A DNA stretch of 64,000 nucleotides, from assembly GCA_963809895.1 (NCBI GenBank), contig CAWELD010000010.1, positions 832,001 through 896,000 on the forward strand. Reading direction: 5' to 3'. The notes beneath the pieces are model-generated. The model was not told the DNA's origin and made no database searches. It was given only the letters and a program-made list of their open reading frames with translations. Made by a program: the position numbers and the translations under genes. The DNA is from an uncultured Gemmatimonadales bacterium (GTDB lineage: Bacteria; Gemmatimonadota; Gemmatimonadetes; Longimicrobiales; Gaopeijiaceae). This document shows, piece after piece, positions 29,678-39,318 of this stretch (position 1 is the first letter of the stretch; every line of letters starts with the position of its first letter).

Positions 29678-32662
29678 TCAGCCGCCCCCCGGCAGCCCCC
29701 CGCGATCGTCGATCCCGTCCATGATCTTCAGATATTGATGTCGGGCGATGAACATATCCTTGAGCGGGATCGTGCCCGGATACATGAGAGGCACGAGATG
29801 CGCGCTCTCCTGGTTGCCTTCGGTCGAGGACTTGTTCCAGCCGCGCGAGCCATCGGGTGCGATGAGGAATCCCTCGATACCCTCGTACCAGATCGCATCG
29901 CCGGCGGCCCAGGCGTCGTTCCGGACGCTCGCCGCCTCTCCCTGTTGGAACTTGTTGGCGATGTACGGCAGGTGTTCCAACCAGAGCGCGTGCCCGATCT
30001 CGTGGACGATACCTTCCACCATTCGGGCTTGGACCGACGGATCGTCCTCCATGGCGAACACGATACGTGCGGGCCCACCCTGACCGATCTCGCGCGGGGT
30101 GGAGCCCCCCCGGATTCCCTCGATGCCGGCTGCCGGATCCGGCGGCCGGCCGGCGAGGATTCCGATCTGGATCGTGGCCGCGTCGTCGTATGAGATGCCG
30201 GCCACCGTCGACAGGAGGGGGCTGTCCTTCCAGTAGTCGAGGATGCCCTCGGCGCAGGTGTTTCCGCAGTTGAGCGGTGCGTCACCCAGGAGTCGGTCTC
30301 GCTGCCACTCGGTGGGCCAGGGCAGCACGCCACCGTAGGCCAGGTCGACGGACGCCACCGGGAACAGTGCCTTGGCCAACTCCCCGGCCCGGCCCACCAA
30401 CGGTTCGACCCACGGCCTCACGTCCGTCTCGATATCGAGGTCTCGCCACTGGTTCACGTCGACGAGGAACCACTGCACGGTCATCTTGGGCGTGCGAGGC
30501 CACTTCGGTGTCGAGCAGGCCGAGTAGGCGCTGCCCCCTGACGACTCGTCGGGATCGGCCGGAAACTCGACCTTCACCCGCACCGATGCCGGCATGTCGG
30601 CGGTGGGGGTGAAGAAGACCTGGGCCGTGTGCTCGGCGGCGCCCTCGTCGACGTTGTAGGCCTGCCAGAGATCCGGGCGCACGAAGTGGGCATCGGTACT
30701 CGCGAACTCCATCCCGTTGTTCATGAGCGAGACCCGCGCGTCGAACTCGCGGAGCTGCGCGTCGGGATTCACCTCGGGGTGGGGGCGCCAGTCGGCGTAG
30801 ATGCGCGCGACGGCGGGCTTGCCCGCGATGAGCGGCGCGTCCCGCACGGTCTGGAAGACGTGACACGAGAGATTCGAGGTACCCGGAGCGGCGTTCTCGT
30901 CGGGAACGAAGTCGGGCCGCGTCGTGAACGACCATTTGTACCATCCGTCGCCGTCGTCGTCGGAGATCTCGTTCCCGCCTCCGTCCAGCACGCCGTCCCA
31001 GCCGGTCTTCACCCAGGCCGTGTAGCGCACGCCTCCCATGAGGTCGTTGACAGGTTTGATCCAGGCCATGTTCCCGCGCCGGAAGAGGCGCACGTCGACG
31101 GCCACGGGCGAGCCCTGCCCGGGCGCCGGGTAGGTCAGCCTGAAGCGGTCGGTGTCCAGGGTTTCGGCGGCGTAGTCCCTGGAGAAGTACACCGCGACGT
31201 TGGGCCTGCGATTGTAGAGAAAGGTGTCACCGTCGTCAGGCGTCACGCGGTCGATCCCCAGCCCGGCCGGGCCGCAGCGATCGTAGAGCAGCACGCCGTC
31301 GCGTTGCGCGGCCTGGAGATCGAGGCTGAAGTCGCCGTCGAGCGTTACGGTCTGGAGGTCGCTCTTCTGGTCCGGGTTCTGAAGGGTCAGCGTCAACCGT
31401 CCGCCGGCGCGGTCGTAGGGGATGAAGAGGAGGCCGACCTCGCCCTGGGCGGACCCGAAGGTCTCGCCGTCCTGGAGACCGAGAGGCGACACGGCCGGGA
31501 TGGGCACGGTGTCCTGGACCTCGACCGCCTGGGGATCGACTCCCGCCAGATCCTTGATCATGGCCCGCGCTTCCGGAGGCAGGTCGGAGACCTCCGGCAT
31601 CATGCGCTGGATCATGCCGCCGATCCCCTCGGGCCCGATCACGTTCGCCCCCGAGAGCATGCCGCGGAACAGGCGGTAGCGCTCGTCCGTGTCCTCGAGA
31701 AGGAGCACGACGTCCGGTGACCGGATCGTGTAGATCGCACCGCCGTCGACGAGCCCCTGCAGATCCGCGATGAAGCCGAGATGGGCCAGATGGGCGTTGT
31801 CCCATGCACTGAACATGAAACGGCAGCCGCGTCCCGCTCCCAGCGAGGAGAGGTGGATGCCCGCCACCGGACGGATGCGGCCCTTGAACTCGAAGTCGAC
31901 GTCGCCCGAGACCGAGAGCCGGATGGCGGTGCGCGCCGCGTCGGTGGGCCTGGTGTCGAGGGGCTGGAACCCCTGGACGTCGTCGGCCCCGGCGACGGTG
32001 ATGGTGCGCTCCACTCCACGGCTCCCACCTTCGTCGTCACTGACGAGGAGCTTCACGTCGAAGCGACCCGAGCGCTCGAACTCGTGCTCTATGCGCCACT
32101 GGTCGGTGATGACGTCCGGTTCACCTCCATCGAAGTCCCATGCGTACAGGAGCTCGTCCTTGTCGACATCGTTGGCCAGCGCCGTCAGCTCGAAGGTCGT
32201 GCCGTCGGGATCGATCTGGATCGCCCCGATCTGCAGCTCCCAGGGACTCCGGTTGCGTACCGTGACGTCCTTTTCTCCTTCGGCGAAGAGCTGCCCGTCG
32301 CTCCATGCCTCCACGCGCAAGGTGTAGTCTCCGCTTTCCGAATAGGCATGCGTGACAGCCGGCCGCTCTCCGGTGGAAATCGTGCCGGGGTGGTCGCCGA
32401 AGCTCCACCGGAACTCGATGGGGCGCTCGTAGTCCACTGGCAGCGAACCGGTCCCGGCCGGGTCGGCGGGGATGGAGAGGGTCAGCCCCGCCGGGGACGA
32501 TGCCACGGGCCGCGGTCGCAGCACTGCCACCCACTGACGTTCCACGTGCTCCCCCGCGGATGCCCCACCGACGATGGTGATCGGCTGGGGTCGGCTCTGC
32601 GCGCCGACGGCGGTGGGGAGCGCGGCGCCGAGACACAGGGCCGTCAGGAGTCGCCGAGTCAT
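29678..32662 (-). CDS. Large secreted protein: PKD domains, Ig-like domain, C-terminal zinc metallopeptidase
   Basis: Signal peptide; WSFGD..HAY..GDY and YAWDFDG..GRFDVKL (PKD); VHEIGHALWLEH and PLMYP. Confidence 0.82.
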   Translation of the reverse strand: MTRRLLTALCLGAALPTAVGAQSRPQPITIVGGASAGEHVERQWVAVLRPRPVASSPAGLTLSIPADPAGTGSLPVDYERPIEFRWSFGDHPGTISTGERPAVTHAYSESGDYTLRVEAWSDGQLFAEGEKDVTVRNRSPWELQIGAIQIDPDGTTFELTALANDVDKDELLYAWDFDGGEPDVITDQWRIEHEFERSGRFDVKLLVSDDEGGSRGVERTITVAGADDVQGFQPLDTRPTDAARTAIRLSVSGDVDFEFKGRIRPVAGIHLSSLGAGRGCRFMFSAWDNAHLAHLGFIADLQGLVDGGAIYTIRSPDVVLLLEDTDERYRLFRGMLSGANVIGPEGIGGMIQRMMPEVSDLPPEARAMIKDLAGVDPQAVEVQDTVPIPAVSPLGLQDGETFGSAQGEVGLLFIPYDRAGGRLTLTLQNPDQKSDLQTVTLDGDFSLDLQAAQRDGVLLYDRCGPAGLGIDRVTPDDGDTFLYNRRPNVAVYFSRDYAAETLDTDRFRLTYPAPGQGSPVAVDVRLFRRGNMAWIKPVNDLMGGVRYTAWVKTGWDGVLDGGGNEISDDDGDGWYKWSFTTRPDFVPDENAAPGTSNLSCHVFQTVRDAPLIAGKPAVARIYADWRPHPEVNPDAQLREFDARVSLMNNGMEFASTDAHFVRPDLWQAYNVDEGAAEHTAQVFFTPTADMPASVRVKVEFPADPDESSGGSAYSACSTPKWPRTPKMTVQWFLVDVNQWRDLDIETDVRPWVEPLVGRAGELAKALFPVASVDLAYGGVLPWPTEWQRDRLLGDAPLNCGNTCAEGILDYWKDSPLLSTVAGISYDDAATIQIGILAGRPPDPAAGIEGIRGGSTPREIGQGGPARIVFAMEDDPSVQARMVEGIVHEIGHALWLEHLPYIANKFQQGEAASVRNDAWAAGDAIWYEGIEGFLIAPDGSRGWNKSSTEGNQESAHLVPLMYPGTIPLKDMFIARHQYLKIMDGIDDRGGLPGGG

Positions 32663-32700
32663 GGGTCCTCCGGGAGGGAAGAGGTGGGGTGGGGCTGCGG

Positions 32701-33417
32701 TCAGCCGCCCAGTCGTCGGGCCAGCTCGATGGCGAGCGCCTTGTTCTCCTCCGGATCGTCCCGCACCTGGACGGTGACCGCGAAGCGCACGCCGTCGCTT
32801 GCCACCTGGAGCTCGTTCGCCTCCGAAGACCAGGCGGCGCGGTCTCCGACGCCGTCGATCCAACTGTCGAACACGATCTGGGCCGTGTGGGTCTCGCCCT
32901 GGACCTCGAAGTCGATCCCCTCGGTCAGCTTCCCGACCGCGTTCTCGAGATCCGCCACCGCCTCCTGGGCCGAGCCGCGAACCGGGTTCACGATCGTGAG
33001 TCCCACCGTGTTGGAGGTCCCCGGGCAGGCCGGCATCGGCTCGTCGAACTTCTCCTGATGGAGCATGGCCTGCACCCTCCGCTTCGAGTAGTCCATCATG
33101 CTCTCTTTGCATGCGGCCTCCCGCGCCTCCTTGTCGGGCTTGTCCCACGCCGCGATGCAGACGGCGTGAGGGATGCGCGTGATCTGCATGGGGCGGTGCC
33201 TCAACTCCTGCCCGTCGACCGGGAAGATCGCGCTCACGAGTTCCGGGCTGAGCACCCCGCACGCTTCCTGATGGCGGGCCGTGCCCTCGATGGCGACGAT
33301 GCGCGCGGCCTCGGCGCGGGTGAGCAGGGCGGAATCCTGCGCGGCCCCGTCGAGGGGGGTCAGCGCAAACGCGAGGGTGGTCGTGCAGAGGGCGACGATC
33401 CGGATGGCTCGGTTCAT
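32701..33417 (-). CDS. Secreted Cys-containing hypothetical protein
   Basis: Signal peptide; ACGVLSPELV, DGVGDRAAW; upstream of and co-oriented with the PKD protein. Confidence 0.75.
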   Translation of the reverse strand: MNRAIRIVALCTTTLAFALTPLDGAAQDSALLTRAEAARIVAIEGTARHQEACGVLSPELVSAIFPVDGQELRHRPMQITRIPHAVCIAAWDKPDKEAREAACKESMMDYSKRRVQAMLHQEKFDEPMPACPGTSNTVGLTIVNPVRGSAQEAVADLENAVGKLTEGIDFEVQGETHTAQIVFDSWIDGVGDRAAWSSEANELQVASDGVRFAVTVQVRDDPEENKALAIELARRLGG

Positions 33418-33574
33418 TCTCAGCTCCCGCCAGGGTGTCCGGAGTCCGACGGAGGCCTCCGGAAGCGTGGCCGTTCGAGGGTTCGACGCGTCATCCTCTT
33501 CAGACGCGAAAACCTCGGCTCTGCCGCCATCCGGTGAGGCCAGCCCGCACCGCATGCGGGCGACATGCGCGCTC

Positions 33575-33627
33575 TTGACGACGCGCCTCTGCTACCATAG
33601 CGTGCAGGTACCATGCATAACCAAGTA
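33575..33627 (+). promoter_or_regulatory. sigma70 promoter with overlapping PadR-type operators
   Basis: TTGACG-N17-TAGCGT overlapped by TACC-N10-GGTA (33593-33610) and TACC-N11-AGTA (33609-33627). Confidence 0.6.
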
Positions 33628-33641
33628 GATGCGGGAAGCGC

Positions 33642-33992
33642 ATGATCCAGGATTTCCGGGACAACTGGATCACCCAACTCCGGAAGGGCGTGCTCGAGCT
33701 CATCGTGCTCCAGACGCTGAGCCGCGGTCGCTGTTACGGCTACGAGCTGGTGCAGCGACTCTCCGCTGTTACGCCCCTCCAGGTCGGTGAGGGCACCGTT
33801 TATCCGCTCCTCAACCGCCTGAAGCGCGAGGGGTTGGTGACGAGCGAGCTGGAGGAATCTCCGGAGGGGCCGGCGCGGAAGTACTACCGCATCACCCGGA
33901 GTGGAGCGGAGGAGCTCGCCTGGATGCTACAGCGGTGGAGCGGATTGGTGGAAGGAGTGCGAGACCACGTGGAGGGCGGGGACGATGACTGA
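33642..33992 (+). CDS. PadR-family regulator
   Basis: QLRKGVLEL..YGYEL..EGTVYPLLNRL..GPARKYYRIT. Confidence 0.95.
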   Translation: MIQDFRDNWITQLRKGVLELIVLQTLSRGRCYGYELVQRLSAVTPLQVGEGTVYPLLNRLKREGLVTSELEESPEGPARKYYRITRSGAEELAWMLQRWSGLVEGVRDHVEGGDDD

Positions 33993-34737
33993 CGGACTCA
34001 CGCCGGAGGCGCGCGGGGAGGTCGATCGCTACGTCGCCGAGATGCGCGCCGTTCTTCGAGGCAGCCCGTTGGACCTGGACGAGGTCGAAGCCGACATCCG
34101 CGATCATGTGCGCGAGGCGGCTTCGCGATCGGGCGCCGCCGCCATGGGTCGCGACGAGGTCGACGAGGTGCTGGATCGCCTGGGCGCTCCCAGCCGATGG
34201 CTGGATGGTGTCGAGGCCGGACCTGAGGAAGCTCGTCGCGGCGACACCGGAGAAGCAGCAGATGGGGTCGGACGCGCGCTACGGCGACCGTGGCTGGTCT
34301 TCGTCCTCACCATCGTCGGGTTGGGCCTGTTTCCCTGGGTCGGGCCGCTGGTGCTGTTGGCGGCCTGGCTCCTGGCCCGCGCGGTGGCCGGTGACGTGGC
34401 CGGCCAGCAGGATTCCGCCGGCTCCGCGCCCTGGCTCGTCCGGCCCGTCCTCGTTCTCGGCTCTGCGATCCTCGTCGGCCTGCTTCTCCTGTGGCCGGTT
34501 CCGCCGCTCCTGGACGTGGGCGCGCGCATCGGGGAAGGGGCGCGGCGCCTGTCTCCGTCACTCGTCGGGGTCGGCCTCTGGTGGATAGCCCTGGGACAGC
34601 TGGTCCGGTGGAAGACGGAGCGATTCCGGTGGCTGTTGACCCCATTCCCGCTGCGATCGTCGCACGCTTCCCGGCTCTCGTGGCTCGGGGTCCTGGCGAC
34701 GGTGGTCGGGCTCGCGATGTATCTCTCAACCCTTTGA
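33985..34737 (+). CDS. Membrane protein with N-terminal HAAS-like (PadR-associated) helical domain
   Basis: VDRYVAEMRAVL..DIRDHVREA..VLDRLGAP followed by TM helices; overlaps padR. Confidence 0.75.
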   Translation: MTDGLTPEARGEVDRYVAEMRAVLRGSPLDLDEVEADIRDHVREAASRSGAAAMGRDEVDEVLDRLGAPSRWLDGVEAGPEEARRGDTGEAADGVGRALRRPWLVFVLTIVGLGLFPWVGPLVLLAAWLLARAVAGDVAGQQDSAGSAPWLVRPVLVLGSAILVGLLLLWPVPPLLDVGARIGEGARRLSPSLVGVGLWWIALGQLVRWKTERFRWLLTPFPLRSSHASRLSWLGVLATVVGLAMYLSTL

Positions 34738-34745
34738 CGGTGGGA

Positions 34746-36228
34746 ATGACGATGACGTGTGTGGCATCGAGGGCGAGGACGTTGGCCGTGGCCCTGGCGT
34801 TCGCCTTGTTGGCGCCGAGCGTGGCGCGGGGGCAGGACGCCGGCTTGGCGAGTTGGATCGGCCGGTACGAGTTCAGTGGGACGATGGGCGAGCGTTCCAT
34901 GGAGGGCGTCATCGAGCTGATGGCTGGTGAGATCGAGGACTCCATCGTCGGAGAGCTACGCCTCGGCGCTCTGCCGCCGGCGGAGGTGCTCTCGGCGCAT
35001 CTCGCGGATCCGACCGAGCCCCGGACGGTGACGCTCGACCTTCGGCTCCCCGAGGGTCCGGGGACCGCCGTGTTGACACTGGGGGAGGACGACGCGATCA
35101 CGGGCGAGATCCGGGTGGGGCCGAACGTGATTCCGCTCCAGGGTCGGAAGGTCCGGTCGGGGCCCCCGCCCGCCATCGACTCCTTCCTGACCAGTGTCCG
35201 GTCCCGGGTCGACGCCATGGCCGCGCAGGCGCTCGAGGAGCAGGGTGAGCCGGGACTGGCGGTTGCCGCGGTCGAAGGGGATGGGCGGTGGGTCGCGGGA
35301 TACGGGACGCGAGAGTTCGGGACGGATCAGCCCGTCACCGGCGAGACCATGTTCCAGGTGGGCTCGATCTCCAAGGTCCTGACGGCGTGGGGGGTGATGC
35401 GGCTCGCGGACGCCGGCCGGATCGAGTTGGATGCGCCGGTGAACCGATACCTGCTTCGATGGACGGTCCCGTCGGGTGCCTTCGACGCCGACGGCGTCAC
35501 GGTGCGCCGGCTGCTGAGCCATACGGCGGGCCTCAACGTGCCGAGCATCTCGGGCGTGGATACGGCCGCGGACATTCCGGGCCTGGTGGAGGAGCTGGAA
35601 GGGCGAGGGCGGGGCGACGAGTGGGCCGTTCACATCGTCCAGGAGCCGGGCACCGGATTCCTCTATTCGGGCGGCGGATACATGGTGTTGCAGCTTCTGG
35701 TCGAGGACGTGACGGGACGCGCAGTTCGCCGACTACATGCAGGACGAGGTCCTGGCGCCGCTGGGCATGACGAGCAGCTCCTTCGGCTGGAACGAGACCG
35801 TGGCCGAGCGCGTGGCGACCCCTCACAGCTCCATCGAGGAGAGGAACCGACGCCACCGCCTCTTCGCCGGCGTCGCCGGCGCCGGACTCTACACCACGGC
35901 CGAGGATCTCGCGGCCTTTCTCGCGGCTCATTTCGAGGGCCCGCACGGTGAGCCGGCTGGCCGTGGGGTCGTCGCACCGTCGACGCTGGAGGCGATGACG
36001 ACTGCCGATCCGGTTGCCGAGTCCTATGGCCTGGGCTACGAGATCTATCCGCTTCCCGACGGCTCCTGGGCGGCCGGCCACGGCGGATCGAACGTGGGCT
36101 GGAAGGCGAATCTCATCGTGCTGCCGAAGAGGAAGCTCGGGTTCGCCGTGGTCTCCAACGATGACGAAGGGCGGGCTCGCGCTGCCGTGGTCAACGTCGT
36201 TCGGGATATCCTGGCGCGGATGCTCTGA
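34746..36228 (+). CDS. Serine hydrolase (beta-lactamase/AmpC-like), secreted; apparent frameshift ~35720
   Basis: FQVGSISK (SxxK), LLSHTAG, YSGGGY, GHGGS. Confidence 0.88.
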
Positions 36229-36622
36229 CCGCCGCGTCCATGCGGCGCACCCAGAACCAGGGGGCCACACCGATCCCGATGAGCACCGCCAGCCAGAAGC
36301 GGCCGGCCAGGACGTTGTAGTCGGCCAGCAGGCGGCTCCATGAATGGCCGACCACCCAGTGACCGAAGCCGAACTCGAACAGGATGGTGAGCCCGACCCA
36401 CATCATCCCGATGCCGGCGGCGCTGCGCCGGGTCAGCCGCCGGCGTTCCCAGCCCACGTAGACCCGCACCGCCGCGAAGATGAGGATCAGGGCCGTGACG
36501 CAGCTCACGACATGGGCGGCTTCCTCGCTCATGTACGGACCATATCCCATCTGCCGGACGATGCCGTTCAGGACGCCGATGACGGCGAGCAGGAGCCAGA
36601 ACAGCAGGGCCTTGCCGATCAT
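36191..36622 (-). CDS. Small membrane protein
   Basis: IGVLNGIVRQ, WVGLTILFEFGFGH, LADYNVLAGRFW; GAGG RBS. Confidence 0.8.
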   Translation of the reverse strand: MIGKALLFWLLLAVIGVLNGIVRQMGYGPYMSEEAAHVVSCVTALILIFAAVRVYVGWERRRLTRRSAAGIGMMWVGLTILFEFGFGHWVVGHSWSRLLADYNVLAGRFWLAVLIGIGVAPWFWVRRMDAAVRASAPGYPERR

Positions 36623-36868
36623 GAGAACCTCTACACGGACAAGCGCGTCACAATTCGCAGGGGGGAGGAGCCCCGATCCGAAACCTGGCGAGCAAGGTCG
36701 TGGCACGCTGTCGGGAGGGTTCCGCGCCGGTGTGTCTCGTTGACACGTGACCCCGTGCCCGAACGCCGGCGGGACCCGCCCGGGCACTGATTCAGGGGTT
36801 CTCCCCACAGCGGACCGAGCGGCCTCCATCGCATCATCGAGCAGGGATACACGCCGCCGGAGGCCATC

Positions 36869-37525
36869 GTGATTTCCGTGCCGTTCACTGCCGACGAGTT
36901 CTTCCGCGTCTTCGAAGCCTACAATCGCTCCGTCTGGCCTGCGCAGCTCCTGCTGCTCGCCGCCGCCCTGGCGGCGCTCTCGGGTCCGCTTCGCCGGGCA
37001 CGGCGCGACCGATGGGTCCCAGCCATCCTTGGGGGACTGTGGCTCTGGGCTGGTGTCGCCTACCACATCCTCCATTTTTCGGCCATCAACGGCGCCGCCG
37101 TCGTGTTCGGAGCGCTCTTCGTCGTCCAGGGCGCGCTGCTTCTCGTCTGGGGCGTCGTCAAGGGAGGCATGAGCTTCCCGGCGGAGAGGGGCGTTGACGG
37201 TCGCGTGCTGGCCGGCTGGCTGATCGTAGCCTACGCCTTGCTCGTCTACCCGGTTCTGTCGTGGGCTACAGAGCACCCGTGGATGGCGAGTCCTACGTTC
37301 GGCGCTCCCTGCCCGACGGTGATCTACACGTTCGGGATGCTCTTGCTCGTCGGGTCGGTCCCGTGGTGGATTCTCGTCGTCCCTGTGGCGTGGGCCATCG
37401 TCGGTTCATCGGCCGTCTTCGCCCTCGGCGTGGTTCAGGACGCCGGCCTCCTCGTGAGCGCGCTCGTGTGCCTCGCTTTTGTCGTCCGCGAGCGGAGTCG
37501 GCGTCCGGATTCCGCCTTGGGTTGA
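36869..37525 (+). CDS. DUF6064-like membrane protein
   Basis: PFTADEFFRVFEAYNRSVWPAQ, PTFGAPCPTVIYTFG; GGAGG RBS. Confidence 0.85.
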   Translation: MISVPFTADEFFRVFEAYNRSVWPAQLLLLAAALAALSGPLRRARRDRWVPAILGGLWLWAGVAYHILHFSAINGAAVVFGALFVVQGALLLVWGVVKGGMSFPAERGVDGRVLAGWLIVAYALLVYPVLSWATEHPWMASPTFGAPCPTVIYTFGMLLLVGSVPWWILVVPVAWAIVGSSAVFALGVVQDAGLLVSALVCLAFVVRERSRRPDSALG

Positions 37526-37561
37526 CGGCCGTCGAGGCCGCCGGACCTTCCGATGACGCAC

Positions 37562-37598
37562 CCCGCCCGCGCCGACCGATGGGTCGGGCGCGGGCGGG
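37562..37598. terminator. GC hairpin between convergent genes
   Basis: CCCGCCCGCGCCGACC-GATG-GGTCGGGCGCGGGCGGG. Confidence 0.5.
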
Positions 37599-37629
37599 CG
37601 GCGGGACCTCCGGCCCGGGCTGTCCGCGC

Positions 37630-38550
37630 CTACCTCGGATTGCGCCGACTCGACCAGGCGGGTTGGGAACCGTCTTCGAACGTGGCCTGGGCGATGTTCG
37701 TGCCGTCAGCGTTCATCGTGAAGATCTGACCGGTACCGTCGACGCTGCGCCTGAAGCTGATCTGTCGTCCGTCCGGTGACCAGGATGGGTTCCGACCGCC
37801 CTCGAAGGTGAGAGCCGCTTCGCCGGTGCCGTCGTCATTGATCACGAAGATCTCTCGGCCGACCCCTGAGAGGAGGCGGGTGAACGCGATCTGGTGGCCG
37901 TCCGGCGACCACGCGGGATCCTCTGCGCTGGTGTCGAAATACGTCAGACGAGTGACGTCCGTACCGTCGGCGTTCATGACATAGAGTTCAGGGCTCCCGG
38001 CCCGAGTGCTGGAGAATGCAATGCGCTTTCCGTCGGGTGACCAGGCAGGGTCGGTGTCGACGCCCGGCGCGTTCGTGAGCTGCTCGACGCCCGAACCGTC
38101 CGCGTTCATCACAAAGAGCTCGAAGTCGCCGGTGCGATCGCTGGAGAATACGATTCTGCCCCCGTTGGATCCCTTGGGCGACCAGTCCGGGGTGAGATCA
38201 TTGTAGGGCCCACGCGTCAGGGGCGTGCGCTCCGTGCCGTCGGAGTTCATGGCGACGATGTGGAAGTAGACGCTGAGGTCGCTGGAGACGAAGACCAGGC
38301 GGCTGCCATCGGGCGACCAGGAGGGTTGGATCTCGGTGAGACTCGTGGACGTGAGCCGATTCACGGCCGAACCGTCCGGCTTCATGGTATAGATGTCCGG
38401 GCTGCCCGCTCTGCTGCTGGAAAAGGCGATGAGACCGGCGTTGTCACCCTTGGCGAACGAGGGCTCGGCAAGGAAGGCCGGTGTAGTCGGGGCGTCGCTG
38501 CAACCGAACAGCGCCAACAGCGCGGCGCCGACAAGCAGACGTCGATCCAT
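37630..38550 (-). CDS. TolB-like beta-propeller (PD40 repeat) lipoprotein
   Basis: Lipobox LFGC; repeated P-x-WSPDG..I-x-F-x-S-x-R..I/LYxMNxDG. Confidence 0.9.
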   Translation of the reverse strand: MDRRLLVGAALLALFGCSDAPTTPAFLAEPSFAKGDNAGLIAFSSSRAGSPDIYTMKPDGSAVNRLTSTSLTEIQPSWSPDGSRLVFVSSDLSVYFHIVAMNSDGTERTPLTRGPYNDLTPDWSPKGSNGGRIVFSSDRTGDFELFVMNADGSGVEQLTNAPGVDTDPAWSPDGKRIAFSSTRAGSPELYVMNADGTDVTRLTYFDTSAEDPAWSPDGHQIAFTRLLSGVGREIFVINDDGTGEAALTFEGGRNPSWSPDGRQISFRRSVDGTGQIFTMNADGTNIAQATFEDGSQPAWSSRRNPR

Positions 38551-38733
38551 GGGTGTTACCTCCGTGTTCTGGGACACCTCGCATCGCAAGGCGGCTGCGG
38601 TTGCCCGCTGAGAACGGCTCTGCGACGGTGCGGCCCGTGAGACGATGTCCAGGCCCGTCGGTCTGGCTTTCATCCTCACACACGCAGAATCTTGGGAATC
38701 GGGCTCACCACCTACACCAGCTTTCGGATCGAG

Positions 38734-39318
38734 ATGGCCACGTCCGACGACATCACGACGATGCTCGAGGCCGTGCGCGACGGCGACCGGGACGCCATCG
38801 ACGCGCTGTTTCCGGTGCTGTACGGGGAGCTGAGGAGGCTCGCACAGGCTCAGCGCAACGAGTGGCGGGGCGAGCACACCCTCAACACCACCGCCCTCGT
38901 CCACGAGGCGTACCTCAAGCTGGTGCGGCAGGATCGTGTGGGCTTGAACGAGCGGAGCCATTTCTTCGCGCTGGCCGCCAAGGCCATGCGGCATATCCTC
39001 ACGGACTATGCGCGGCGCAGACAGGCCCAGAAGCGGGGGGGAGGCGTCAGGCCCGTCGAATTGAAAGAGGCGGAGGCGGCCAACCCCGTATCGGCCGAGA
39101 GCGCGACCGAGCTGCTGGCGCTCGAGGACGCACTCGCACGCCTGGAGGCGGCCAACGAACGGCAAGCCCGCGTCGTTGAATGCCGCTTCTTCGCGGGATT
39201 GCGCGTGCCCGAGACCGCGATGGCGCTGGGCATCTCGGAAGCGACGGTGAAACGCGACTGGCGCGTCGCGCGTGCCATCCTGCGAGACGCCCTCGACCCT
39301 CCCTCGCCGAGGCATTGA
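38734..39318 (+). CDS. ECF sigma factor, kinase-associated (TIGR02999-like)
   Basis: ITTML..GDRDA..LFPVLYGELRRLA, HTLNTTALVHEAYLKL, RQARVVECRFFAGL, TVKRDW. Confidence 0.93.
   Translation: MATSDDITTMLEAVRDGDRDAIDALFPVLYGELRRLAQAQRNEWRGEHTLNTTALVHEAYLKLVRQDRVGLNERSHFFALAAKAMRHILTDYARRRQAQKRGGGVRPVELKEAEAANPVSAESATELLALEDALARLEAANERQARVVECRFFAGLRVPETAMALGISEATVKRDWRVARAILRDALDPPSPRH

Noticed and set aside
33470..33530. Hammerhead-like CTGAAGA core on the minus strand
   Set aside because: No correctly placed stem II plus GAAA; other stems are missing.
36690..36706. sigma54-like GTGCCACGACCTTGC on the minus strand
   Set aside because: Lacks the invariant GG at -24.
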